Of a stretch of DNA of 64,000 nucleotides, positions 38,114-45,870 are shown one piece after another. The position numbers were made by a program, and so were the translations under genes. The notes under the pieces are model-generated. The model was not told the origin of the DNA, searched no databases, and saw only the letters and a program-made list of their open reading frames with translations. The DNA comes from Candidatus Tenderia electrophaga (lineage in GTDB: Bacteria; Pseudomonadota; Gammaproteobacteria; Tenderiales; Tenderiaceae). Positions within the stretch are counted from its first letter, which is position 1, and each line of letters opens with the position of its first letter. The stretch lies in assembly GCA_001447805.1 (NCBI GenBank), contig CP013100.1:42767-106766 (forward strand), given 5' to 3'.

Positions 38114-38857
38114 ATGAGTAAAACGAATATATCTGTCGCTACTATAGGCCACATGCCCAGTGAGTTCGATAAAAGAAAGATCGGTCTCTGGCGTTCGGAA
38201 ATATTCTCTATTGCAGGTGATATCGAAAATTATTCCCTTACAGAAGATTCGGACGGGTATGGATGGGAGTTCAGTGACGAAAGGCTTGAACAACTTTTAC
38301 CAGAGCAGTTCAACGGTGATTTTCTTATTGCCATTGTCAATGTACCTATAGAACTTAATTGGTATTCTCGGAGGCTTAGTAAAAATCGAGTAGTTTTTAC
38401 ATTTCATGAAATAAAGGAAATATTGGATCATTTTAATATTCCTCTGGAAAATGCGGTGTTTAGGCTACTGTATGCGTACACATTTCTGTATAAAAGAAGT
38501 GGCGACCAAATCCCCTTAAACGATGTACCCACGAATTTTGCCCATGATGAAACTCGTGGCTGTCTTTTCGATATGAATGGGATTAAGACTGACATTGTAT
38601 ATTCCTTACATGAGCCTATTATTTGTTCTGATTGCATCGAAAGATTAAGAAAGGAAAAAGTTGCTAACGAAACAATCGACAAAGCACAAAAAGAAATAAT
38701 TCGAATAAAGAAACCACTATTTTATCGAATCGTTTCCTTCGTAAAAAAACATCCTATTTGGTCATTATTCATATCTGCAGTTTCAGCAGTATTTTTAGGC
38801 GCAATAGGCTCCTACATTGCTACAGTGATTTATGAGCTTACCAACCCTGCGCTATAA
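38114..38857 (+). CDS. Cassette 2: hypothetical protein (247 aa) with a C-terminal TM anchor
   Basis: Clean ORF whose stop TAA lies inside the attC R'' box. C-terminal helix IWSLFISAVSAVFLGAIGSYIATVIY. CSDC motif. Confidence 0.6.
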   Translation: MSKTNISVATIGHMPSEFDKRKIGLWRSEIFSIAGDIENYSLTEDSDGYGWEFSDERLEQLLPEQFNGDFLIAIVNVPIELNWYSRRLSKNRVVFTFHEIKEILDHFNIPLENAVFRLLYAYTFLYKRSGDQIPLNDVPTNFAHDETRGCLFDMNGIKTDIVYSLHEPIICSDCIERLRKEKVANETIDKAQKEIIRIKKPLFYRIVSFVKKHPIWSLFISAVSAVFLGAIGSYIATVIYELTNPAL

Positions 38858-38902
38858 AAAAGGATAACGAGACAGCGGGTCTCGTTTATCCAGCTGTTAG
38901 GC
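38853..38902 (+). repeat. attC of cassette 2 (conserved short type)
   Basis: ctataaaaaaGGATAACGAGACagcggGTCTCGTTTATCCagctGTTAGGC. Confidence 0.8.
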
Positions 38903-39332
38903 GCCAGATGAAACCACAATTGAGCGATAAGCGGATATTCGACATTGGCTGGCAATCGAAGAAAATCTTCGTTCACAAATTCTAAGTAATAATGTGAGCC
39001 ATGGGCGTCGGAAAGTCAGTTGTGGCAATTGCCATGACGGGGTAAAGTTTAATAGTTGAGCCGGTGTGGCTTGGCGCGCTTCGTTCGAGGTCGGTAGATT
39101 AAGGCATTGCTTTGGCCTGGCAAATACACAAAGGCCAGGTGGGCAACCGAAAGCTCGAAAAGCCGTGCTCTTCCGCTTCGGCAAGAAAGCGCCAAGCCAA
39201 GCTAAAGGCATTAATAAAAACATGATAGGCAGCGGGGGCGGCCAGTGTGTCGGCAATAGGAACAACTCAATTTCAGTTTTATTCATGTGCGGCACCTCGC
39301 CGCACTCTCCCAAGCCAGGTCAAAGGGCAAGC

Positions 39333-39383
39333 GCCTAAAAAAGGATAACGAGACAGCGGGTCTCGTTTATCCAGCTGTTATAT
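39333..39383 (+). repeat. attC of cassette 3 (conserved short type)
   Basis: GCCTAAAaaaGGATAACGAGACagcggGTCTCGTTTATCCagctGTTATAT. R'' GCCTAAA complements the R' GTTAGGC type. Confidence 0.8.
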
Positions 39384-39872
39384 TTAAAAAAGAAAACTGA
39401 ACCGATACTTAAATACATCATAATAGCTGCCATATTTGTTGGCATTGGCTTTCTTGAAGGCATAATTACAAATCCAACACCTTCTCAGGAGCAATTAGAG
39501 TACCAGTCATATTACGAAGAACAAGCCAGTAAGGAAGCGCTCACGCAAAATGAATATAAAGAGCTTAAAAATAAAGAAACCAAGTTTTTAAATTCGCCCA
39601 TAGAGCAGTCACAAGTAAGCTACTTAGTGACATTCAAGGCCTTGTTCGCTTTTATTTTCTTGGCCGCTATGTTCGTAAGCTATAAATTCATATTAAAAGG
39701 CACAACAATAAAACAAGTTATGCTTTTAAGCGGTATAAGCCTTGTTTCAATTTTCATGCTTGTTTCAACGTTTGAGTTGGTTGTTTACATGATGTTTTGC
39801 ATCTCTGGGGCTCTGCTAGGTTTTAAATATAACAAATCGCTCAACCAGATCGGCGCAAACAACGTGATCTAG
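39339..39872 (+). CDS. Cassette 4: membrane protein; frame open from inside attC, no canonical start before GTG 39627
   Basis: The frame is open from 39339. The translated upstream part (..KYIIIAAIFVGIGFLEGII.. then a charged coil) looks protein-like. The track ORF (39627-39872) encodes 2-3 TM helices. The last codons were altered by the IS3 insertion. Confidence 0.4.
   Translation, partial: KRITRQRVSFIQLLYLKKKTEPILKYIIIAAIFVGIGFLEGIITNPTPSQEQLEYQSYYEEQASKEALTQNEYKELKNKETKFLNSPIEQSQVSYLVTFKALFAFIFLAAMFVSYKFILKGTTIKQVMLLSGISLVSIFMLVSTFELVVYMMFCISGALLGFKYNKSLNQIGANNVI
39827..39864 (+). repeat. Left part of the cassette 4 attC (split by an IS)
   Basis: R'' ATATAAC and L'' GCTCAACC. The matching L' GGTTAGC and R' GTTAGGT lie at 41181-41201 after the IS. 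Confidence 0.6.
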
Positions 39873-39891
39873 CACCACTTTTGTGGACGCC

Positions 39892-40704
39892 TTAAGCCAA
39901 TAGTTTTTCATACATATCTGGCGATTGATAGCCCAATGAGGAATGCAATCGCTCCCGGTTGTAGAATTCAATGTACTCCACAATATGAGCCACGGCTTCA
40001 ATTTCATTTTCAAACATTTTCTGATGAACAAGCTCGGCTTTCATTGTATGGAAATAGGATTCCATAGTGGCATTATCCAGCGGGTTTCCTTTTCTGCTCA
40101 TGCTACGCACAAATCCTGCACCTAGAACCATGTCCCGGAACTCATGAGCGGCATACTCAATGCCTTGGTCAGAATGGAATATACAGTCGGTGTCTGGTTT
40201 GCTTCGTACCAAGGCCATTCTTAATGCGCTCTTCGTCAATTCAGTGTTTCGTTTTTTACTGAACGACCAGCCAACTACTTTTCGGCTGAACAGATCCAAC
40301 ACGACAGCATGATAGATCCATCCATTCCGGGTGCGTATATAGGTGAAGTCACTGACCCACTGCTCACCCACTTTTCCCGGCTCCTGCAGTTCCTTGAGCT
40401 GGTTTCCCGTTGACGAATAAAACTCATGCTGCCCTGGTCTCCACGCATACAACCCTGTCGTTGAGGCCTTAATGCCAAGCTCGCGCATAAGGCGGTTGAT
40501 GCGCCTGCGGCTGCAGCCATAGCCTCGATTACGTAATTCCCAATGCATTCTGGCGGCCCCATAGGCTCGACGATGCCCTTGATGCAACTCACGAATAAGT
40601 TTCATTAACTGAATATCATATTGGCGTCGCTGACTTATCGGGCGTACACGCCAGGCATAAAAACCACTCGTGGAGACACCCAATAAATCACATAATGTCG
40701 ACAC
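39892..40704 (-). CDS. IS3-family transposase orfB (DDE domain; made as an OrfAB fusion by -1 frameshift)
   Basis: ...HSDQGIEYAA... and C-terminal ...FYNRERLHSSLGYQSP. Confidence 0.9.
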   Translation of the reverse strand: MSTLCDLLGVSTSGFYAWRVRPISQRRQYDIQLMKLIRELHQGHRRAYGAARMHWELRNRGYGCSRRRINRLMRELGIKASTTGLYAWRPGQHEFYSSTGNQLKELQEPGKVGEQWVSDFTYIRTRNGWIYHAVVLDLFSRKVVGWSFSKKRNTELTKSALRMALVRSKPDTDCIFHSDQGIEYAAHEFRDMVLGAGFVRSMSRKGNPLDNATMESYFHTMKAELVHQKMFENEIEAVAHIVEYIEFYNRERLHSSLGYQSPDMYEKLLA

Positions 40705-40742
40705 TTTATGAAAACAGCGGTTCTTCTCGATAAATTCAAATC

Positions 40743-41114
40743 TTACCGTCTTGCTTTCGAAAAGAACCGCTTGGCTTTTTTTAGGATATCGAGCTCCTCT
40801 TGCTTTGCTGCCAGAGTCTTCTCGAGATCCTTAATTCGTTTATTAGCTTTTAGTAATTCGGCCTGCCTCTCGACCATGGGATCAGGCTGTGGTTTTGCTT
40901 TCCGGGATGGCTTGGCTTTCTTCTTCATCTGTTTGTTTTCACGCAAGGTTCCATTTTTCTTTTCCATTCGCCAACGATACAACATGACAGGGTGGATACC
41001 TAGCGTCTCCGCCACATCCAGCGCGGTGATATTTGGATGATCGGACAGTTTTATGGCGTGCAGTTTGAATTCCAGAGTGTAGCGGTCATAGTTTTTCTTG
41101 ATGGTCTTTCCCAT
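40743..41114 (-). CDS. IS3-family transposase orfA (HTH)
   Basis: 123 aa, HTH followed by a leucine-zipper-like region. It overlaps the orfB frame at the slippery site. Confidence 0.85.
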   Translation of the reverse strand: MGKTIKKNYDRYTLEFKLHAIKLSDHPNITALDVAETLGIHPVMLYRWRMEKKNGTLRENKQMKKKAKPSRKAKPQPDPMVERQAELLKANKRIKDLEKTLAAKQEELDILKKAKRFFSKARR

Positions 41115-41170
41115 CTTGCGCCTCTTCAGCAGTACAGTGATAAACTGTCCACAAAAGTGGTGCTAGATCA

Positions 41171-41201
41171 ACGCGCCTCCTGGTTAGCTCAACCGTTAGG
41201 T
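41171..41201 (+). repeat. Right part of the cassette 4 attC
   Basis: acgcgcctcctGGTTAGCtcaaccGTTAGGT. Confidence 0.6.
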
Positions 41202-41203
41202 GA

Positions 41204-41728
41204 ATGGTGAATTACACATTGGTAGTAGATTCAGAGCTTTTGAAACTTAGCATTCCTGATAGATTCTTTGAATACGCGGAATCATACGGAAATGGTGCAA
41301 AAGCTCTCGCAGAGAAAATGGTATTTGATAAAGACGAAGCTACTTGGCCAAATGCCGCAGTAGTATTGATGCTATCAGCTCATTCGGTTGAGCTTTTTAT
41401 GAAAGGCGCAATATTCAAATTCGATTCAAAAGCTAAAATTGGGAACCATAATATTGACGCTCTGCTTGAAAAGTACTGCCAAACATATCGAGAAGAAAGA
41501 TATTATTTTGATATGCCATTTAAAACTGAATACCCGGGGATGTCTGAAGAGGAAATAGAGGCTTTGAAAGAAAATAAGCGTCCAACTCCTAGCGTTCTGT
41601 ATAGATATCCAACTGAAACAGGTGAGTCTGAGTGGAAAGGTTCGTATGGGTTTGAGGCGTCTTCGTTTCTTCCGATAATTTCCGGTCTATTGCAGGATTA
41701 TCGAAGGCTGAGAAAGTGTTTCACCTAA
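41204..41728 (+). CDS. Cassette 5: hypothetical protein (174 aa), possibly HEPN-fold
   Basis: SAHSVELFMKGAIF...GNHNIDALLEKY resembles the classical HEPN helix pair. This is a weak call. Confidence 0.5.
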   Translation: MVNYTLVVDSELLKLSIPDRFFEYAESYGNGAKALAEKMVFDKDEATWPNAAVVLMLSAHSVELFMKGAIFKFDSKAKIGNHNIDALLEKYCQTYREERYYFDMPFKTEYPGMSEEEIEALKENKRPTPSVLYRYPTETGESEWKGSYGFEASSFLPIISGLLQDYRRLRKCFT

Positions 41729-41773
41729 AAAAGGATAACGAGACAGCGGGTCTCGTTTATCCAGCTGTTAGGC
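41723..41773 (+). repeat. attC of cassette 5 (conserved short type)
   Basis: ACCTAAAaaaGGATAACGAGACagcggGTCTCGTTTATCCagctGTTAGGC. Confidence 0.8.
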
Positions 41774-41783
41774 GAAAAAATGT

Positions 41784-42833
41784 ATGAGCATTATCGGTAA
41801 GAGTATTTCTAGATCAAAAAAATCTACACTTTCTATTGCTGAAATACTTGCAAAGGAAGGTATGACTAATTTAGTTCCAGGAGGAGGGATTCTTTTCGAT
41901 GGGGCGAAAGTATTATTTGGTCATGGAAGAAAGTATATACAGGATAGGAACGATGAAAGAATATCCGAGTTCCACAATGTTCTAATGTCCCATACAAGTA
42001 GCCCAGAGGAATGTGAAGCGTTATTAAATGGTGAATTTGAAGAGTCAGACTATCATGCAATATTGGGTAGTTGTATACAAGATATTGAGGATGAAAAGAC
42101 CGAGGTTTATGCGCGGCTACTGAGAAGCTTAATAATTGATCCTCCACACAAGAATATAAAGATAATTTTTATTGAAGCATCAAAAAACCTTTCTCTTAGC
42201 GATTTGGAATACTTAAAAGAAATATATATACAGAGTAAATATGACCTAATGACGGTTGGTGGTACCTCTCATCAGATAGAGATTTTATTGAAACAAACAG
42301 ACACAATTAGGGGGATATCTATAAACCGGTTTGTAAATCTCGGTTTCTTGAATAATGAAAAGGCCAATATTACCGAGTTGGCGTCTGATTTCATAAAGCG
42401 AGCTTATGGCGAGGAAAATTTGACTCCTGAAGCTACTGGGAGAAAATCCTGGACCGGTATTAGAATAAGTGTTCTATCGTTTGATATAGGCAATATCGAT
42501 CATTCCATGTTCTATGAAACAATAGAAAGGGATTTGTTCAGCAGACAAATTAAGGCTAACGTCCATAATCTGGATTCGAGAAATAGATTTCGATACGGTT
42601 TATGCCATGGCGGTATCGTGTTAGTAGGTGACGAGGATATTTCTGGCCCATTTCTAGAGGGGTTACAGAAATTTTCGGAAATTAAGCCCTTAGTAAGGAT
42701 CAATATTACCAAGGGCAGTGAAGTTCGAGAAATTGAAGGAGTTTCATTTCAGGGTAGCTATTCTTTGTCTCATTGTTCTAAGAGCAATGTAAAGGAAGAG
42801 GTGCATAGTGTTTTATCAGAAATATTCGCCTAA
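41784..42833 (+). CDS. Cassette 6: hypothetical protein (349 aa)
   Basis: Clean low-GC ORF. I cannot identify a motif with confidence. Confidence 0.55.
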   Translation: MSIIGKSISRSKKSTLSIAEILAKEGMTNLVPGGGILFDGAKVLFGHGRKYIQDRNDERISEFHNVLMSHTSSPEECEALLNGEFEESDYHAILGSCIQDIEDEKTEVYARLLRSLIIDPPHKNIKIIFIEASKNLSLSDLEYLKEIYIQSKYDLMTVGGTSHQIEILLKQTDTIRGISINRFVNLGFLNNEKANITELASDFIKRAYGEENLTPEATGRKSWTGIRISVLSFDIGNIDHSMFYETIERDLFSRQIKANVHNLDSRNRFRYGLCHGGIVLVGDEDISGPFLEGLQKFSEIKPLVRINITKGSEVREIEGVSFQGSYSLSHCSKSNVKEEVHSVLSEIFA

Positions 42834-42947
42834 CAAAAGGCTTCAAGGGACATCACTCCGCGATGCTCGTTTGTGGCTAGATGCCACAAGCCTCACCCCG
42901 CTGCGTAATGAACCGCCCCGGGAATCGCGGAGGCTGTTTGATTTAAG

Positions 42948-43796
42948 TCATGCTGCAATAGCAGCATGACGGCGGTCTTGCCTATAGTAGTTTGCCTCAG
43001 CTTCTGCCGGAGGGATATAACCCAGTGGTTCCATCAGCCGGTGGTGGTTAAACCACGAGACCCATTCCAGGGTCGCCAGCTCCACGGATTCCCGCGTCTT
43101 CCACGGTCCGCGACGATGGATCAGCTCGGCCTTGTACAGCCCGTTGATGGTTTCCGCCAGGGCGTTGTCGTAGCTGTCGCCCTTGCTGCCCACCGAAGGC
43201 TCGATACCGGCCTCGGCCAGCCGCTCGGTGTAACGGATTGAGACGTATTGCGAGCCCCTGTCGCTGTGATGGATCAGGCCATCATCTGAATCGGGCTGCC
43301 GGGCGTACACGGCCTGCTCCAGCGCGTCGAGCACGAAGTCCGTGGCCATGGTACTGCTGACCCGCCAGCCGACGATACGCCGGGCAAAGGCATCAATCAC
43401 GAAGGCCACATACAGCCACCCCTGCCAGGTCGAGACATAGGTGAAGTCCGACACCCACAGCTGGTTGGGCCGATCGGCCTGGAACTGCCGATTGACCCGG
43501 TCCAGCGGGCACGGCAGCGAGCGGTCCAGCACGGTAGTGCGAACGGTCTTGCCTCGGCGTGCGCCCTGCAGGCCCAGGCGGCGCATGAGCCGCTCAACGG
43601 TACAGCGTGCCACGGGAATACCTTCGCGGTTCATCTGCTTCCAGACCTTGTCGGCGCCGTAGACCTGCAGGTTGGCCGCCCAGACACGTTCAATCTTCGG
43701 CATCAGCACATCATCGCGCCTGGCTCGGGCGCTGCGCAGTTCAGGGTTGCGCTGCCGGGCGGCGTGGCGCCGGTAGGCCGATGGGGCAATCTGCAA
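42948..43796 (-). CDS. IS3-family transposase orfB
   Basis: ...IHHSDRGSQYVS... and ...WFNHHRLMEPLGYIPP. The upstream orfB frame reads ...IDQHRDTYGVEPICKVLQIAPSAY. Confidence 0.9.
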   Translation of the reverse strand: MQIAPSAYRRHAARQRNPELRSARARRDDVLMPKIERVWAANLQVYGADKVWKQMNREGIPVARCTVERLMRRLGLQGARRGKTVRTTVLDRSLPCPLDRVNRQFQADRPNQLWVSDFTYVSTWQGWLYVAFVIDAFARRIVGWRVSSTMATDFVLDALEQAVYARQPDSDDGLIHHSDRGSQYVSIRYTERLAEAGIEPSVGSKGDSYDNALAETINGLYKAELIHRRGPWKTRESVELATLEWVSWFNHHRLMEPLGYIPPAEAEANYYRQDRRHAAIAA

Positions 43797-43852
43797 GACC
43801 TTGCAGATCGGCTCGACCCCATAGGTATCCCGGTGCTGGTCGATGTAGGCGT

Positions 43853-44176
43853 TTACGATTTGAGTTTGCGGTCGAGCTCCGCCTGCGCGAAAAAAGCGCT
43901 GGCCGTCTTGAGGATCTCATTGGCCCGGCGAAGCTCCTTGTTCTCGCGCTCCAGCTCCTTGATGCGTTGCATCTCTGCCGTGGTCATCCCCGGACGCGCC
44001 CCGGCATCGATCTCCGCCCGCTTGACCCACTCCAGAAGCGTCTGCGGCACACAGCCGATCTTCGGGGCTATCGACTCAACGGCCGACCATAACGATGGAT
44101 ACTCCCCACGGTGCTCCTGCACCAGCCGCACCGCACGCTCACGGACCTCAGGTGAAAACTTGTTTGTCTTGTTCAT
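43853..44176 (-). CDS. IS3-family transposase orfA
   Basis: [22 protein letters not shown]... is a typical IS3 OrfA HTH. Confidence 0.9.
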   Translation of the reverse strand: MNKTNKFSPEVRERAVRLVQEHRGEYPSLWSAVESIAPKIGCVPQTLLEWVKRAEIDAGARPGMTTAEMQRIKELERENKELRRANEILKTASAFFAQAELDRKLKS

Positions 44177-44226
44177 GGCTCCATTCTCTCAGATGTTGGA
44201 GCCTCCTCAAAACCCGGGGCGGTTCA

Positions 44227-44263
44227 AACGAGACAGCGGGTCTCGTTTATCCAGCTGTTAGGG
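44227..44263 (+). repeat. Truncated attC of cassette 6 (conserved type, 5' end displaced by the IS)
   Basis: AACGAGACagcggGTCTCGTTTATCCagctGTTAGGG. Confidence 0.75.
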
Positions 44264-44275
44264 CGCACAGAACTT

Positions 44276-44770
44276 ATGGACTATGACGACGAACAGACAC
44301 GAGATGTTTATGCGCACTATGGACTAACCATGTATCTAGCGCAGACTCTCGAACATGGAATAGTGAATGCCCTGGTAATTCTCAGGTTACCTGAGAAGGA
44401 CAAATATACTCGTCAAGACATAGACGATTTCATGGAGGGTAGGTTTCAGAAAACTCTCGGGGCTCTGCTCAAGCATCTCAAGTCAGAAGTGGTGTTACCG
44501 TCGGATTTGGAGTCCACGCTAACTGAAGCATTGAACCGAAGAAATTATCTGGCACATCACTATTTCCGAGAAAAGGCGGAGTGCTTTGTTACCCGGAGTG
44601 GTCGAGACCAGATGCTTCAAGACCTTCAAAGCGACCAACAGCTCTTTGAAATAGCAGATGAACAATTGGGAAAGGCACTTACACCATTTCGCGAAAAGCA
44701 TGGAGTTACTGACATTGTGTATGAGGAAGAATACAGGCGCATGTGCCAGAATCTCGGTATCGCGCCCTAA
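44276..44770 (+). CDS. Cassette 7: HEPN-motif protein (164 aa), putative RNase/abortive-infection-type effector
   Basis: An Rx4H motif in ALNRRNYLAHHYF, as seen in many HEPN nuclease families. The stop lies inside the attC R'' box. Confidence 0.55.
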   Translation: MDYDDEQTRDVYAHYGLTMYLAQTLEHGIVNALVILRLPEKDKYTRQDIDDFMEGRFQKTLGALLKHLKSEVVLPSDLESTLTEALNRRNYLAHHYFREKAECFVTRSGRDQMLQDLQSDQQLFEIADEQLGKALTPFREKHGVTDIVYEEEYRRMCQNLGIAP

Positions 44771-44825
44771 CAAACCCATCCAGTCGACGCCAAAAAACTG
44801 CGTCTTGCGCGCGCCCTGGTTATGT
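44765..44825 (+). repeat. attC of cassette 7 (third type, ~61 bp); last recognisable attC
   Basis: R'' CCCTAAC ... imperfect stem CCAGTCGACGC/GCGCGCCCTGG ... R' GTTATGT. Confidence 0.5.
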
Positions 44826-45057
44826 CGGAGCAGTTATGGATGGGGCTCCAGGCGGATGGATCATGATCTGGAAGAGCCGAGGAGGTCCTCCGGTAAAGCA
44901 CTGTAAAAGGTGCGCTCAGTCGCGGCCTAGGGAGGCGGTACTATCTAGGGTAAGGAGATTTGTTGTATTTAACATAAGATACATTATGCGCTGTAAGTCA
45001 CTGATTATAAAATAATAACAATTGCGCTTATCATGAACAATAATAGCGATCATTGGC

Positions 45058-45099
45058 TTGACCCAATCAATTAGAGAAACCATAATGGAACCATTATGG
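45058..45099 (+). promoter_or_regulatory. vapBC promoter with overlapping palindromic operator
   Basis: TTGACC, a 17-nt spacer, then CATAAT. Inverted repeat CCATAATGGaaCCATTATGG at 45080-45099. Confidence 0.6.
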
Positions 45100-45121
45100 A
45101 ATCTAATTGAGGTTTACGTTT

Positions 45122-45364
45122 ATGCCAACATTGACTGTCAAGAATATCCCAGACGAACTCTATGATCGACTGAAAGCTGCCGCGCAGGCACATCATCGTA
45201 GTTTGAACAGCGAGATATTGTACTGCGTCGAGCAAACCCTGGGCGCCCGGAAAATCGAAGTCAAAGACGAGCTTGCCATTGCCAAGGCGTTGAGAGCGAA
45301 AACGGCTTCCCATCCGATCTCAGATGCAGAGCTTGATGCGGCCAAAAATGAAGGTCGTGCATGA
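45122..45364 (+). CDS. vapB: RHH (Arc/FitA-like) antitoxin VapB
   Basis: MPTLTVKNIPDELYDRLKAAAQAHHRSLNSEIL. Its stop overlaps the vapC start (ATGA). Confidence 0.8.
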   Translation: MPTLTVKNIPDELYDRLKAAAQAHHRSLNSEILYCVEQTLGARKIEVKDELAIAKALRAKTASHPISDAELDAAKNEGRA

Positions 45365-45762
45365 TTGTTGTCGATACAAATATCATCTCGTATCTATATA
45401 TTACCGGCGACAGATCAATACAAGCCGAGCGTCTTTTCGCTTTAGATCCGCACTGGACGGTCCCTATTTTATGGCGAAGCGAATTCAGAAGCGCCCTAAG
45501 TCAATATTTGCGAAAGCAGTATCTGGCGCTTGAAGGAGTGCTGCTCATTATTCAGCAGGCAGAAAAAATACTTAAATACAATGAGTACGAGGTCTCATCG
45601 ACGCATATCATGCAACTTGTTCAGTCGAGCAAATGCTCAGCATATGATTGTGAGTTTGTGGCATTAGCACAGAGCCTGGATGTGCCATTGATTACTGCGG
45701 ACAAAAATATCCTCAAGGAGTTTCCTGACACTGCAGTATCACCTGATTCCTATATCAATTAG
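45361..45762 (+). CDS. vapC: PIN-domain toxin VapC
   Basis: MIVVDTNIISY..., then ...SAYDCEFVALA... and ...LITADK, typical PIN acidic residues. Confidence 0.85.
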   Translation: MIVVDTNIISYLYITGDRSIQAERLFALDPHWTVPILWRSEFRSALSQYLRKQYLALEGVLLIIQQAEKILKYNEYEVSSTHIMQLVQSSKCSAYDCEFVALAQSLDVPLITADKNILKEFPDTAVSPDSYIN

Positions 45763-45870
45763 TTTCGAAATGATCTGATACCAAGAATACCCATTAGCTT
45801 CGGAGCGATCTCCTCCTGCCCTTGCCTGTAGGGAAAATACCATTTATTCTGCTTGCAATTACGGGGGGTT

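Larger units (their letters stand above)
39865..41170 (-). mobile_element. IS3-family insertion sequence (1306 bp) inserted in the cassette 4 attC
   Basis: 24-bp perfect terminal IRs: TGATCTAGCACCACTTTTGTGGAC (39865-39888) and its complement (41147-41170). 3-bp target duplication ACG. orfA/orfB with an A7G slippery site at 40775-40782. Confidence 0.9.
42909..44226 (-). mobile_element. Second, unrelated IS3-family insertion sequence (1318 bp) inserted at the R'' end of the cassette 6 attC
   Basis: Imperfect IRs TGAACCGCCCCGGGAATCGCGGAGG (42909-) and CCTCCTCAAAACCCGGGGCGGTTCA (-44226). orfA/orfB with a TTTTTTC slippery site near 43889-43896. The element truncates the conserved attC unit (only AACGAGACAGCGGG... 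remains). No clean target duplication. Confidence 0.85.

Noticed and set aside
37657-44263. The five nearly identical ~44-bp repeats could be mistaken for a CRISPR array
   Set aside because: Spacing is irregular (0.5-2.5 kb) and each interval contains a gene. The repeats have attC architecture (R''/L''/L'/R' with a GTTRRRY core), and an integron integrase is adjacent. There are no cas genes.
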